64,000 nucleotides of DNA, taken from the NCBI GenBank assembly GCA_028826165.1, contig JAPDFW010000074.1, positions 124,001-188,000 of the forward strand, read 5' to 3'. Below, piece by piece: positions 35,927-49,236 of the stretch. This stretch comes from Anaeramoeba ignava BMAN. Taxonomy: Eukaryota > Protista > Anaeramoebae. Numbering within the stretch: the stretch's first letter is position 1; the number at the start of each line of letters is the position of its first letter. The notes beneath the pieces are model-generated. The model did no database searches, was not told the origin of the DNA, and was given only the letters and a program-made list of their open reading frames with translations. Both the position numbers and the translations under genes were made by a program.

Positions 35927-38691
35927 TTAAAAACCAATTTGAGTTTTTTTTGAAACGAATAAATCTTGTAATTCAAGAACCAATTGAAAATCGCTCAAAT
36001 AATTTTCTTTAGTAAGAAAATTTGATTGATTTTCAATTGGAAAATTTGGAGAATCATACAAAACAACATCTGAATTATCAAGATTATTCGAAATAAAACC
36101 GCCAAGTTTAGGAATAACAAAATTCCAAAAACGAAGAAAAATATCATTTCCAAAAATTCGGAATTTTTTTTGAAAAACACTTGAAATTTTAAACGAAGTG
36201 AATTTTTTCGAGTCAAAAATGTGATACATTTCTTGAGGAAGAAGCGTTTTTGATTTAACGGAATCGATGATCCATTTGTACGAAATAACAGGTACTTGAA
36301 GAATCAAAAGAAGAAGAAGTTGATAATTTGGTGCTTTGTTTAAAAACAATGTTGGTTCGTTAATGGTCAAATAAATTGTTGATCTTGTTGAATCAACGTT
36401 GGGTATTTCTTGTTGATCAAAAACTGTTCCCCCATTTTCCGTTATTATTTCTACAACAGACTGTTTTAGTTTTAGAGATAATGGATCAAGTTCTGAGTCT
36501 TTTTGGATAAATATAATTTGTGGTTTTTCGAAAAGTTTTGTTTTGATTTTTTTTTGACTTCTTGTGATTCTTTTTTGAGATGAAAAATTTGCATTTTTTT
36601 TAAGTTGGGTTTTTTTGATTTGATTTTGATTTTCTTTTTCGTTTTCAATTTGATTTTCATTTTCATTTTCTTTTTCTTTTTCATTTTGATTTTGATTTTG
36701 ATTTTCTTTTTTGATTCTTTTTACTTGTTTTTCCCGATTGTTTTTTTGAGTTTTCTTCGTTCTTTTTTCTTGTTTTTCTTGTTTTGCTTTTGTTTTTCTT
36801 TTTTTAATTCTTTTTTTTCTTGAAGTTTCTGATCGATGTTCATGAAGAAGACGCGAATAACAACGATTACAAATCCATTTTCCAGAGATTTCTCCATCAA
36901 ACCATTTTGGAGGTCTTCTCCATTGAGATGTTTGTGCTGTTTCGCAGAATGAACATGTTGCATCTTGATAAACGTTTGATTCGTTTTTTTTCATTTCTTG
37001 ATTTTTTGTGATTTTTTGTGTTTCTTCTTCTTTTGGGATTTCTGAGTTTGTTTCATTTTCGAATAAATTTGTAGCTGGATCTTCAAAAATATTTTTCATT
37101 TCAATTTCTTCGATCTCTTTTTCGTTTTCTAAAAATAATTAAATATTGAATATTGAATTTTTAATATTGAATATTAAATATTGAATATTGAATTTGAATA
37201 TTGAATTGAATATTGAATATTTAAATTGAATTGAATTTTGAATATTGAATATTGAATATTGAATATTGAATATTGAATTGGAATATTGAATTAAATATTG
37301 AATATTAAATATTGAATTGAATATTGAATTGAATATTGAATATTAAATTGAATATTGAATTGAATTGAATATTGAATATTGAATATTGAATTGAATATTG
37401 AAATGAATTTTGAATATTAAATTGAATATTGAATTAAATATTGAATTGAATATTGAATTGAATATTGAAATGAATTTTGAATATTAAATTAAATATTAAA
37501 TTGAATTGAATATTAAATTGAATATTGAATTGAATATTGAATGAATTTTTGAATATTAAATTAAATATTGAATTGAATATTGAATTGAATATTGAATTGA
37601 ATATTGAATTGAATATATTGAATTGAATATTGAATATTAAATTAAATTGAAATTATTTTTATATTAAAATTTTGAATTTATATTTATATTGAATATTGAA
37701 TATTTATATTGAATATTTATATTGAATATATTTATATTATAATTATATTTTATTGAATATTGAATATTTATATTTTATATTTATTTTATATTTTTATTTT
37801 TATTTTTATTTATTTTATTTTTATTTATTTTTATTTATTTTTATTTGTATTTATATTTGTATTTATATATTTGTATTTATATTTATATTTATATTTATTT
37901 TTATTTATATTTATATTTTATATTTATATATTTTTATTTGTATTTTATTTTATTTTTTATTTGTATTTATATTTTTTTTTTTTTTTTTTATATTTATTTA
38001 TTTTTATTTTATATTTTATATTTGTATTTATATTTATTTTTATATTTATATTTGTAATTATATTTTTTTTTTTATTTGTATTTATATTTGTATTTTATTT
38101 GTATTTGTATTTGTATTTTTGTTTTTATATTTATATTTGTATTTATATTTATATTTTTATTTGTATTTGTATTTTTATTTTTATTTGTATTTGTATTTGT
38201 ATTTGTATTTGTATTTGTATTTGTATTTGTATTTTTATTTTTATTTGTTGTTTTTATTTTTTATTTTTTTTTTGTTGTTTTTGATAAGTTCAATTCTTAC
38301 GGCTACTAAAATAACTTTTGATTTCTTCTTGCAACTCATTCATCTCCTTTTCTTCTCTAGATTGATTTTCTTGATTTAAATTTTGAACAACAAAAGGTTT
38401 TTGTGAACGATTTTGAAAAAAAAAAGGAAAATTTTGATTTTTATCAAAACGAAGAACATTCTGAGTTTGAATAAAAGGATTTGAAATTGAATTTGCAATA
38501 GCAATTGAACTGAAATTAAATTGATGTAAAAAATCTAAACCAAAATCAAAATAATCTTCTGGTATATTGTAATTAGTGGGGGCAAGTGTTTGATCGTCAA
38601 TTTGAAAACTAACTTCATTCATTTCATTGAAGTTGGGAATTGAAGTTGAATGAGAAATACTTGTTTTCATATATTCTCTTGGTAGAATCAT
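35927..38691 (-). CDS. GATA-type zinc finger plus C-terminal BRCT-like domain protein; exons 38691-38301 and 37128-35927
   Basis: Phase-1 intron 38300-37129. CSFC-ETAQTSQWRR-...-CNRC finger followed by a basic tail. BRCT hallmarks IITENGGTV, VPVISYKWIIDSVKSKTLLP and a second VIPKLGG. Confidence 0.72.
37135..38260. repeat. Compound intronic microsatellites (AATATTG/AATTG, TATATT, TGTATT)
   Basis: Fill intron 38300-37129. Confidence 0.85.
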
Positions 38692-39318
38692 CTTTTTGTG
38701 TCTTTGATTGATTCAATTTGTTCGTTTTTATATTTTTTTTTTAAAAAAAATAACAAAATAACAAAATAAAAAAAAACAACAACAACAACAAAGTAAAAGC
38801 GTTTTTTTTTTTTTATGTAAATAAAATAAAACAAAAAAAAATAAAAAAATGAGAAAAGAAAATTGAATTTTTTTTTTTATTTAAAATTTTTTTTAATTGT
38901 TTTCCGGCTAAAGAATTTCTTTTGAAGGCAAAAATTTTTTTAAATTAATTCCTTTATTTTCATTCTTATTTGAATATTTACTTATTTTTTTTTAAATAAA
39001 CTATTATAAATTATTTAATTGAATTTTTTTTTTCTTTAATTAAAAAAAAAAAGATTTTCTTATTAAAAAGTTTGTTGATCAAATCCATTGAAATTTTAAA
39101 AAGAAAATTTTAATAAAAAAAATAAAAAAAAGCAAAAAAAAAAATTCAACTTTTAAAGTAAATAATATTCTAAATTAATTTATAAATTAAAAATTAATAA
39201 AAAAAGAAGAACTCCACGTTGGAAATTTTAATAAAAATAAATTAAAAAAGAAAAACACGTAAGATAATTTTTAAAATAAGATTTTAATTTTAATTTTAAT
39301 TTTAAAATAAAAAAAAAT

Positions 39319-40117
39319 TTAAATAAAATTGATTCTTTTCTTCCTTCGGTTTCTTCTTTTTTTTTCAATAAAATCTTCTCTTTTGTATTCAGAATCTTCA
39401 TCTTCTATAATTTTAATTTCATGTTTTGTGTTTATTTGATCCATTTGAGTTTTTTGTTGATTTAATTTTTCAATTTGATCTTGAAACTTAATTTTTAATA
39501 GATTTTCTTTTTGTTTAAAATTTTCCACATCATTCTGATTTTTATTTAATTTGACATTGATATTTTGATTGTCAATTTCAAAATTAATTGGGTTTTGAAT
39601 AGGGTTAAGATTTAATTTATTTTTTGATTTATTTAATTGGTTGTCAATTTCATTTTTATTTATTAAACTGTTATCTTTAATTAATTTATTTGAAGGCAAA
39701 CGTGTTCGAACTTCTTCAATTCTTTTTTCCAATTTAGCTTTTGTTTCTATTAAGGATTCTTCATTTGGAGCATATTTTATGTTTAAATGATTTCCAAAAA
39801 AATAACGTTCATTAAGTTTTTTTTTAGCAATTCTTGCTTCATCAATATTTAAAAATTTAATTAAAATTGAAATTGAAAATTTTTCTTCTTTTTTTTTCTC
39901 CTTTTCTTCTATTTCTTTATATTCAAGAATTGGACCGTATAAAGCAAATAATTGTATTAATTCTTTAATAACTCCTGTTTTTGGAATATTTTCAATAATT
40001 AAATAACTATAAATAAAGATTTAATAAATAAATAAAATAATTTTTAAATTTTAATTAATTTTTTTACTTTGATTCTTGACAAATTGTATAAACTTTTAAT
40101 TGTTTTTTTTGATTCAT
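39319..40117 (-). CDS. RBM48: RBM48-like RRM protein; exons 40117-40068 and 40006-39319
   Basis: The spliced protein LKVYTICQESNYLIIENIPKTGVIKELIQLFALYGPI...LIKFLNIDEARIAKKKLNERYFFGNHLNIKYAPNEESLIETKAKLEKR follows the RBM48 RRM pattern, and it has a terminal RKKRI. Confidence 0.85.
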
Positions 40118-40772
40118 TTTAAATAAAAATAAAAAAATGGAATTAATTTTTTAATCTTTAATTTTTATTCTTCTTTTTAATCTTTAATTTTTTTAAAAGT
40201 TTTTGGAATATTTTCAATAATTAAATAACTATAAATAAAGATTTAATAAATAAATAAAATAATTTTTAATTTTTAATTTTTAATTTTTGTTCTTCTTTTT
40301 AATCTTTAATTTTTTAAAAGTTTTTGAATATTTTTTCAATAATTTTAATAAATAAATAAAATAATTTTAATTTTAAATTTTAATTAATTTTTGTTCTTCA
40401 TTCATTTTAAATAAAAATAAAAAAATGGAATAATTTTTTAATCTTTAATTTTTATTCTAATTTTTAATTTTTAAATTTTAATTGTTTTTGATTCATTTTA
40501 AATAATTAAATAATTAATAAATAAATAAATTAATTTTAAAATTTTAATTGATTTTTGTTCTTCTTTTTAATTTTTAATTTTCTTTTTTTAAAAACATTGA
40601 ACTATTTCACAAAAAGAAAAAGAAAAAAGAAAAAAGAGAAAAAAAGGATAAGAAAAAGGATAAAAAAATTTCATCAATTAAAGTAAAAAAAAAAAAAGAG
40701 GATTTTTTGTGAATAATTCAAATTTAAATTCTTCTTAAATTTTTTTTTTTTCAGTAATAAACATTTTTCTAT

Positions 40773-43700
40773 TCAATAATCATCAGCAGCAATTTTAAAA
40801 GACAATTCCCACATATCATCTTCAGAAATAATTTTTTTATTAGCAAAATAATTATAAACAGGAGAATTTTTTGGAAAAGAATAAAAAGTGGATTGAAAAT
40901 TATGAATTTCCAAAATAACGGCATAAAGCCTTCTTCGCTTAGCCCAATTAATCAAGTTATTTTCAATTCTTCCAGGAAGCTCTTCAATATTAGTCAAATC
41001 TGACAAGAAAACGCCTAAATAAGGAATAGCCGGTAAAACCGCATTTTGGAACGAATTCCGCAATTTTTTATAACCGCTAACGGCGTTAGTTAAGTCATCC
41101 AAATAACGGAATCTTTGATATATTTTTTTGGATAAACCGCTCCATGTTTGGGTTAATCTTTCAACAGCAGAATTTTGCAATCCTGATACAATTGCCATTA
41201 AATCGTTGAAATTGTTCAGTGTGCATAAAAGATCCGCTAATTTAATCACTTTGGTCAGCTTCTTTACTCTTTTATTAAAGTCCATTTCTTCCACAATTAA
41301 TCCTGATGTCCAATCTGCTAAGTCGTTGAATTTCTTGATGCTGCCCATAATGTTTGGACTGATTTCGTGCTTGTTGATTTTGGTCCATGAATTATTCAGA
41401 AATTCTCGTGTTTGGATTTTTGCAAAATCATCGAAAGACATTAAGCATAATTGGTTTGCGGCTTGAATGTTTGGAATTTGCAAAAAATCAGTGAAAACTT
41501 GTTCTTTTTTTTTCTTTTCGGTTTTTTCTTCGCTTATATTTTTTTCTTCCTTTATGTTTTTTTCTTCGTTTAAATTTTCAAGAGCAATTTCTTTTGGATT
41601 CTGTTTGTTTTTCTCTTTGGATTTTTTGGGTTTATTTGAATTGGACAATTTGGGTCTTCTGCAAGGCATGCATCCTTTCAATTCCAAACTATCATCATCA
41701 TCATCACTATTGGTTTCATATTCAAAAATATTAGAAGGTAACTGAGCAAGAGAAGGAGAAATTAAGCTGTTCAAACGAAGAGTAGGATCAAGACTAACTG
41801 AATCCATATCTAATTTGCTTAAATAAACCCGAATTTGGTCGCGATATCTGATAACACCAAGATCCTGGCTCTGAAGTCCGACACTGCGAAGAAACTCTAT
41901 GATAAGAGTCTTGGCTTCTGTGGGAAGTCTTTTGTCGCGAAGTTCAATTAGTTTATAGATGATTTTCATCACGTTTTGCTGTATTTCAATCTTCTCATGT
42001 GGTGCGATTCTTGTGTTTGTAAGTGGATCAAATCGCGGGATATGAAAACGTTCAAATAATTTCTGAAGAATCATAACATCTTCTGAAAAAGTCGGAACCA
42101 TATGAAGAAACATCTCCATAAATTTGACACAATGACCCTTTCCTGATGTCAGGATTTCCACCGACTTGTTCAGACTCGCTCCTCTTACTTTCTCAAATAA
42201 ATCCAAATTCGGATCCGTTAGTTTGACTGAATCTTCCCAGATAATGTTCTGGATTGATGATCCGATTTCTTGCCAAATATTCATCGAATCAACAACATCT
42301 TTCTTTTTGATTCTTCTTATCGACATTTCTCCTCCAGAATACAACATGTCTTTTTCCTCACCACTTTTTTTACTTGATTCAACTTGATTTTTTTGCTGTC
42401 CAATCGCATTTGGATTCTCATTAGTTTTCGGATCAAACAAAAGGTTTCCCGAATTCGGGTTTTGTGGATCGTTGCTGTTGATTTCAATCGGAAGTTCCAC
42501 AAATTCATCGTCGATTTGATCGTCTCTTATTACCAAAGATGGTATCAATTTTAGTACTGCTCCTGCAACAATTCCTTGATAGGAAAGAGCCAAATTCTCT
42601 TCCAAAAGTATCAGTTCCAAAACATCAATCTGTTTTGGTTTTTGTGCGTTTGTTTCCGTTACATTGAATGATATATGAACTGTTTTTTTTGGAATGTTTG
42701 TTTCATTTTCTAGGTTGTTTTTATTCATTTCTTGATCTGTTTCAAATTCATCATCGCGGAATTCGTCGAGATTTAATTCATTTGTGTTTTCGTTGCTTTT
42801 GACTTGCTCTTTTTCAGAATTGGATTCTTCTGTCTTTTTCTTTGCAAATTACATGATACAATGTGTAAAAGTTATCTTTTGGAAGATCGAAAAATTTGCA
42901 GAATTCTTTGACTAACATTCGTGGATTTGTTGAGAAATCGACGAATATTTGGACTTGTGTTTCGTATGTTTTGCGTTTTGTTTGTCTATCAATAATTGAG
43001 TATATCATAGTAGCATTTCCAGGTTTTGGTCCGAATTTAACAATTAATGCGCCTTTTGACTTAATATTTTTAATTTTAATATTTTAATATTTTTAATTTA
43101 ATATTTTTATTTTAATATTTACATAATAATTATAGATATAAGAAGATAGCATCCGATCATTTATTGATTCCATCCAAATCCCAAAATGATTTTTGGCTCG
43201 TTCTTGGCTTTTTGTTGGACTCACTTCACTCAAATCAATAAAAGTGCTCTGTTGAGGTTTAACCCAAATTGCAGAGATAGTTCTTTCACCTCGTGATCTA
43301 CTATTAAGACTTTTTCTTTCAGGCAATTTCAATAACAATCCATATTGTGACGATGAAACTCCCAATTCAGAACACAAAGATTGAATCACATCAAAAACTT
43401 TTGTATCAATTTTAAATTTTTTCGAACGAAGCGATAAATCAACAGGATTTGGTGGTAAAATTATACTAATTTCCTGTTGAATTTTACAGGCAAGCTTCAT
43501 TTTCTTTGATTTGTATTTCGAAATTAGTTCCTCTTCTAATAGAATTTTTCCATCAATAAAACTCCATTCATTTTCTTCTTCATTTGGATCTTTTTTTGTT
43601 AAATCCAACTCTTGACTTTTTTTTAAATTCCAACTTCCATCTTCATAGCTTGCCAGAATTTGATAATTATCAGGATCTAAATTGTAATTTTCTCCGATTG

Positions 43701-46055
43701 CTTCAAGAATATCTTTTACTTTTGTTGTTTCCGAAATTTTGGCTTTCACACATTGACCTGTTGGTATTTGAACTATGATATATGCCTTTTCTTCTTCAAC
43801 TTTATCTTCACTTTCTGATTTTTCTTTTGAAATTGTTGGTTCTGTTGTTTCATCATCATCATTACTATCACTATTTTCACTATTTTCACTATTTTTATTG
43901 TTTTTTTCATTTCGATCTTTTTTGTTATTTTGATTATCTTGATTATTTTCATTCTGTTTTTCATTCTTTTCATTCTTTTCATTCTTTTCATTCTTTTCAT
44001 TCTTTTCATTTTGATTATTTTCTTTGATTTCTTTGTTCTTTTGAGCTGATATATCTTTTTGTTTCTTTTCATTTATAAAAAATTAAAATTAAAATTAAAA
44101 TTAAAATTCAAATTCAAATTCAAATTAAAAATATTTACAAGAAGTTCCAGTTTATCAAAAACTTCAGCAAAATCATATTCTCTTTCATCGTAATTTTTAA
44201 ATAATTCATCAGAAAGACTATTGATAATTAATTCGAGAGGAGGATAAAATTCTTTTGTTGAAATATTTTTATAATCTTCTCTCAAAATGACCAAAATACG
44301 AACAAATAAAATCATGGATAAAATTTTGATTTCATTATCAACTTTTTCTGAGGATAAAACTTGAAGAATTTGTGCTAAATGATTGTCGCTTTTTTTGTAC
44401 TTCATGGATATTTGCTTATCATGATTTGAATTTTTAAGGATAATATCTAATAAACAAACAGGAATTGCAATTGGAATAATTTTGACTTCGTTTTCAATAT
44501 CCAATAAATTTGGAGAAACTTTAAAAATTAATTCTGAAATGAAGGTTGGATTTGGGACTAAATTAAGGAGGGTTTTGATTGCTAAAATGGAAATTTGAAA
44601 TGAAGTTCTATCAAAATAATAATAAATATAAATATAATAATAAATAATTTTAAGAGAATTTTGTTTTTGAAAAATTACAATTGATTTTCTGATACTAAAC
44701 TAAACGGATTTTTTGGTAAGAAAGAAAGAAGAGAGAAAAATAATCCTATTCCTTTGATTCCCATTTGTTTTTCGAGAAAATTTAAGCAATTAGAACTGAA
44801 AACATTTTGCATTTTTTCCTTTGCTAATTCACATTCTTTTTGTGTTGAATATTTTAAATTATAATTTTTATCTTCTTGGGAAAAAGTTTTTTCAATATCT
44901 TTATCAAAATATTTTGGAGTTAAAGGAGAAAACTCATTATCTTCAATTGTATTTGAATTTGTATTTGAATTTATATTTTCAATTTGCAGTTTTAAATCTT
45001 GATTGGTGAAATTAAGGAAGTTTTTATTTATACTTGCATCAGTAACAATAGCACTTAAATCACTTGATGAATTTTTTGTTGTTTGACTTGTTGTTCTTTG
45101 TTTGAAAAATGTTTCTGTCATTATAACTGATGATGTTGTTGTTGTTTCTTCTAATTCTTCTTGGTATAAAAAAAGCATTCTTCTTTTTCTTTCCATACTC
45201 ATATTATTGATTGTTTCTTTAAGTTTGGAGTCCATTCTAATAAAGCAAATTTATTTAATTTTGAAAATGAATTTTAATTTTCATTTTAATTTTAATTTTC
45301 AAAATGAATTTTAATTTTAATTTTAATAATTTTAATTTTAATTTTAATTTTAATTTTAATTTTGATTTTAATTTTAATTTTAATTTTAATTTTAATTTTA
45401 ATTTTGATTATAATTTTAATTTTAATTTTAATTTTAATTTTAATTTTAATTTTAATTTTAATTTTAATTTTCAAAATGAATTTTAATTTTAATTTTTAAT
45501 TTAAATTTTAATTTTATAAATGAATTTTAATTTCAATTTTAATTTTAATTTTAATTTCTTTTGTTAATATTTGCCTCATTTGTTTTTTTTTAAATAAAAA
45601 ATTAAAAGCAATAATAAAGAAAAAACTTACTTCCATTCATCTAATAATTGATTTAATTTTTGATCTACTTCTTGATTAGTTAAATTCATAATAATTTTAA
45701 CTGATTCTGAAGAATTTTCATTAAACATTGGTCTTTTAATTGGATTTTGAAGGAAAATGGCACTTTTAGGTCTTTTTTTTTTATATTTCCCATGTTTTTG
45801 TTTTTTTTGTTTAATTTCTTTTGGTTTTTTTGGTTCTTTAATTGTAAAGTCTTTAAATTTTTCATTTTCATTTTCATTTTCATTGTCATTTTCATTGTCA
45901 TTTTCATTTTGCTTTTTATGTTTTAAAATAATATTTGACTTTGACAACTCTTTGTTTGTATCTTTTTTAGAAAATAAATCAAATCGATATTTGTTTTGAT
46001 TTGTATTTGTTCTTCCAACATTTTTTCTAATTTCTTTCATCACGTTATTAATCAT
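40773..46055 (-). CDS. Large RasGEF: formin GBD/FH3-like N-terminus, ubiquitin-like (RA/FERM) folds, REM and CDC25 domains; exons 46055-45631, 45236-44679, 44607-44139, 44064-43123, 43059-40773
   Basis: Four phase-compatible GT-AG introns plus one extra A at 42835-42839. REM motif VRGASLNKSVEIL; CDC25 motifs LNNFNDLMAIVSGLQNSAVERLTQTW, IPYLGVFLSDLTNIEE and INWAKRR. Confidence 0.88.
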
Positions 46056-46774
46056 TTTCTTTGAAAAATGAAAAAAAAATATATAAATAAAAAGTATTTT
46101 TTTTTTATTTTGTTTTTTCCAAATTTTTTTTTTACTTTTTTTTTGTGTTTATTTTGATAAGCTCTCCTTTTAGAAGGTGAAATAGTTTTAGATCTAAATA
46201 ATTTTGGATGTTTTTGATATTGAAATTCCATTTTATCTTTCGGTTATTTTTTTTTTTTAATTGATTTTGTTCTCTTTTGTTTTAAAATTAAATTTTTTTT
46301 AAAATCTTGAAAGAAAAAATTTTTCAATAAAAGTATTTCTTTTGTTTTTTGTTTTTAAAAAGTAAAAAAAAAAAAAAAGTTATTTAATTAACGAACAAAA
46401 AGAAAACTAAATAAAAAGAAATAAAGAAAAAGAAAAATAAAAAGAAAAATGAAATTTTTAAATTAAAAAATAAATTAAAAAAAAAATTTTATTTTAAATT
46501 ATTTGCCTTCAAAAATTTTTAATTAAAAATAAAAACAAAAAAATTATTTTTTTTTTATTATTTTTATTCTTTTTAAAAAAAAATAAAAATTTTAATTTAT
46601 AATTCTTCTTTCATTTTTTAAATTTAAAAATAATAAAAGAGATCCCAAAACAAAAATCAAAAACAACAAATCAAAAACAAATCAAATTTAAATAAAAAAA
46701 AAATAAAAAAAATCTTTATTTTTTTTAATTTCATTTTTTTTCTTTTTTTTTTAATTGTGTTAATTAATTTTTAA

Positions 46775-49006
46775 ATGGGGAATCAATTTTCACTTGTAAT
46801 TCATAAAAAAAATTGGAAACAACATATTTCTTCAATGCAAGATTTTAAAGATCCTACAATTATTTTAAATCAAAAACTTCAAATTGAATTTGCAAATGTT
46901 CATTTTGTTGAATTTATTGGATCTTCTTTTTCTCAAGTTATTGATCAACATATCTCTGTTTTTTCTTTTGATTTTCAACCCTTTTTTAAATTAAATACGC
47001 CAAATGCTTTATTAAAAATTATAAATGATTCAACTCAGTAAAAACAAAATTTAAATCAAAATTTAAATCAAAATTCAAAACAAAATTCAAAACAAAATTC
47101 AAAACAAAATTCTAAACAAAATTCAAAACAAAATTCTAAACAAAATTCAAAACAAAATTCTAAATAAAATTTAAAACAAAATTCTAAATAAAATTTAAAA
47201 CAAAATTCAAAATTAAATTTAAAACAAAATTTAAAACAAAATTTAAAACAAAATTTAAAACAAAATTCAAAACAAAATTCTAAATAAAATTTAAAACAAA
47301 ATTCTAAATAAAATTTATAACTAAATTCAAAACAAAATTTAAAACAAAATTCTAAACAAAATTCTAAACAAAATTTATAACAAAATTCTAAACAAAATTT
47401 AAAACAAAATTTAAAACAAAATTCAAAACAAAATTTAAAACAAAATTTACAACAAAATTCTAAATAAAATTTAAAACAAAATTTAAAATAAAATTCAAAA
47501 CAAAATTAAAAATAAAATTTAAATCAAAATTCTAAACAAAATTCAAAATAAAATTCAAAACAAAATTCAAAATAAAATTTAAATCAAAATTCTAAATAAA
47601 ATTTAAAATAAAATTCAAAACAAAATTAAAAATAAAATTTAAATCAAAATTTAAATAAAATTAAATTTAATTCAAAAATAAAAAATAAAATTCAAAACAA
47701 AATTCTAAAATAAAATTCAAAAACAAAATTCAAAAACAAAATTCAAAACAAAAATTCAAAATTAAAAAATAAAATTTAAATCAAAATTCAAAATAAAATT
47801 TAAAACAAAATTCAAAACAAAATTCAAAACAAAATTCAAAACAAAATTCAAAACAAAATTCAAAATAAAATTCAAAACAAAATTCAAAATAAAATTCAAA
47901 ATAAAATTCAAAACAAAATTCAAAACAAAATTCAAAACAAAATTTAAATCAAAATTCTAAATCTAATTCTAATTAATTCAAAACAAAATTCTAAATAAAA
48001 TTTAAAACAAAATTCAAAACAAAATTTAAAACAAAATTTAAAATAAAATTCAAAACAAAATTCAAAACAAAATTTAAATCAAAATTTAAATCAAAATTTA
48101 AAACAAAATTTAAAACAAAATTTAAAACAAAATTAAAACAAAATTCAAAACAAAATTTACAATTAAATTCAAAACAAAATTCAAAACAAAATTCTAAATA
48201 AAATTCTAAATAAAATTCTAATTTAAATCAAAAATTAAATCAAAAAATTAAATCAAAAATTTTAATTTTATTTAAAATTTAGGTTTCAATCAGGAACATA
48301 CACAATAAATTGGATATTTCGACATTCAACATTAAAAACAAAAAAACCAACATCAGTTTCAATAACTTTTATAAGATTAGAAAACAAAAATTTAGCAGAA
48401 TTAATAATAAAACCAGATCAAAATACAATTTTAGAAAATGAAACAAATCAATCAACAGAAAAAGCAAAATCAACACAAGTTTCAAGATTAATTGAAAAAG
48501 AAGGAGTTGTTTCAACTTCTCAAATGGAAAAACAAATTTCTCAAATTTTTCAAGAATCACAAACTTTTGTAAAAGGAAAAAATTTAGAAGAAAAAACACA
48601 AAAAGTTTCAGAAAGTTTTTCAGAACTTGAAAAATTTATACAAAATTGTATTGAACAAAAAAATCAAACAATCCAAAAATTATCCGAAAATTTACTTAAA
48701 CAAAGAAAGCAAAATTCCAAACAAATTCAAAAATTGGAATCTCTTCTTGAATTTAGAATGGATGGAATGGAAGCGGTTAAAAGTCAAAAAAGAGAACTTT
48801 TGAGAGAAAATCAAATTTTGAAAAAAAAATTAAAACAAATAAAACCTTTATATGATAAACAAAAAAATTTCATTTTCCATTTAAATGATTTAATGGAAGT
48901 CGATAAATTTTTACAAGATGATTCAACAAAAAAATCTGTAGACAATTCTTTTGGTGAAATAAGTGAATTTTCTGAAGATGAATTTGAAGTTTCAGATAAA
49001 AATTAA
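46775..49006 (+). CDS. PAS-domain plus coiled-coil protein with MGxxxS N-terminus; exons 46775-47037 and 48283-49006
   Basis: Phase-2 intron 47038-48282. PAS-like segment DPTIILNQKLQIEFANVHFVEFIG...FQP, then INWIFRH; heptad-rich C-terminal half. Confidence 0.7.
47040..48260. repeat. Intronic 12-bp satellite AAAACAAAATTC/T
   Basis: Fills the PAS gene intron. Confidence 0.9.
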
Positions 49007-49236
49007 AAACTTTTTTTTTATTAAATTTTTTAATTTTTTGTTTTTTAAATTTTTTAAACAAAAAAAAGACAAAAAAAAAAAGTTGTTTTAATTCTTAAAC
49101 AAAATTAAAATTAAAATTAAAATAATTATTGTTGTTTATTTTCTTTTGTTTTTTTGTGAATTACAAGAATTATTAAAAGGGGAAATTTGAAAAATAAATT
49201 TACACTTTAAATAAAGCTTGTAAAAAAAAAAGGAAA

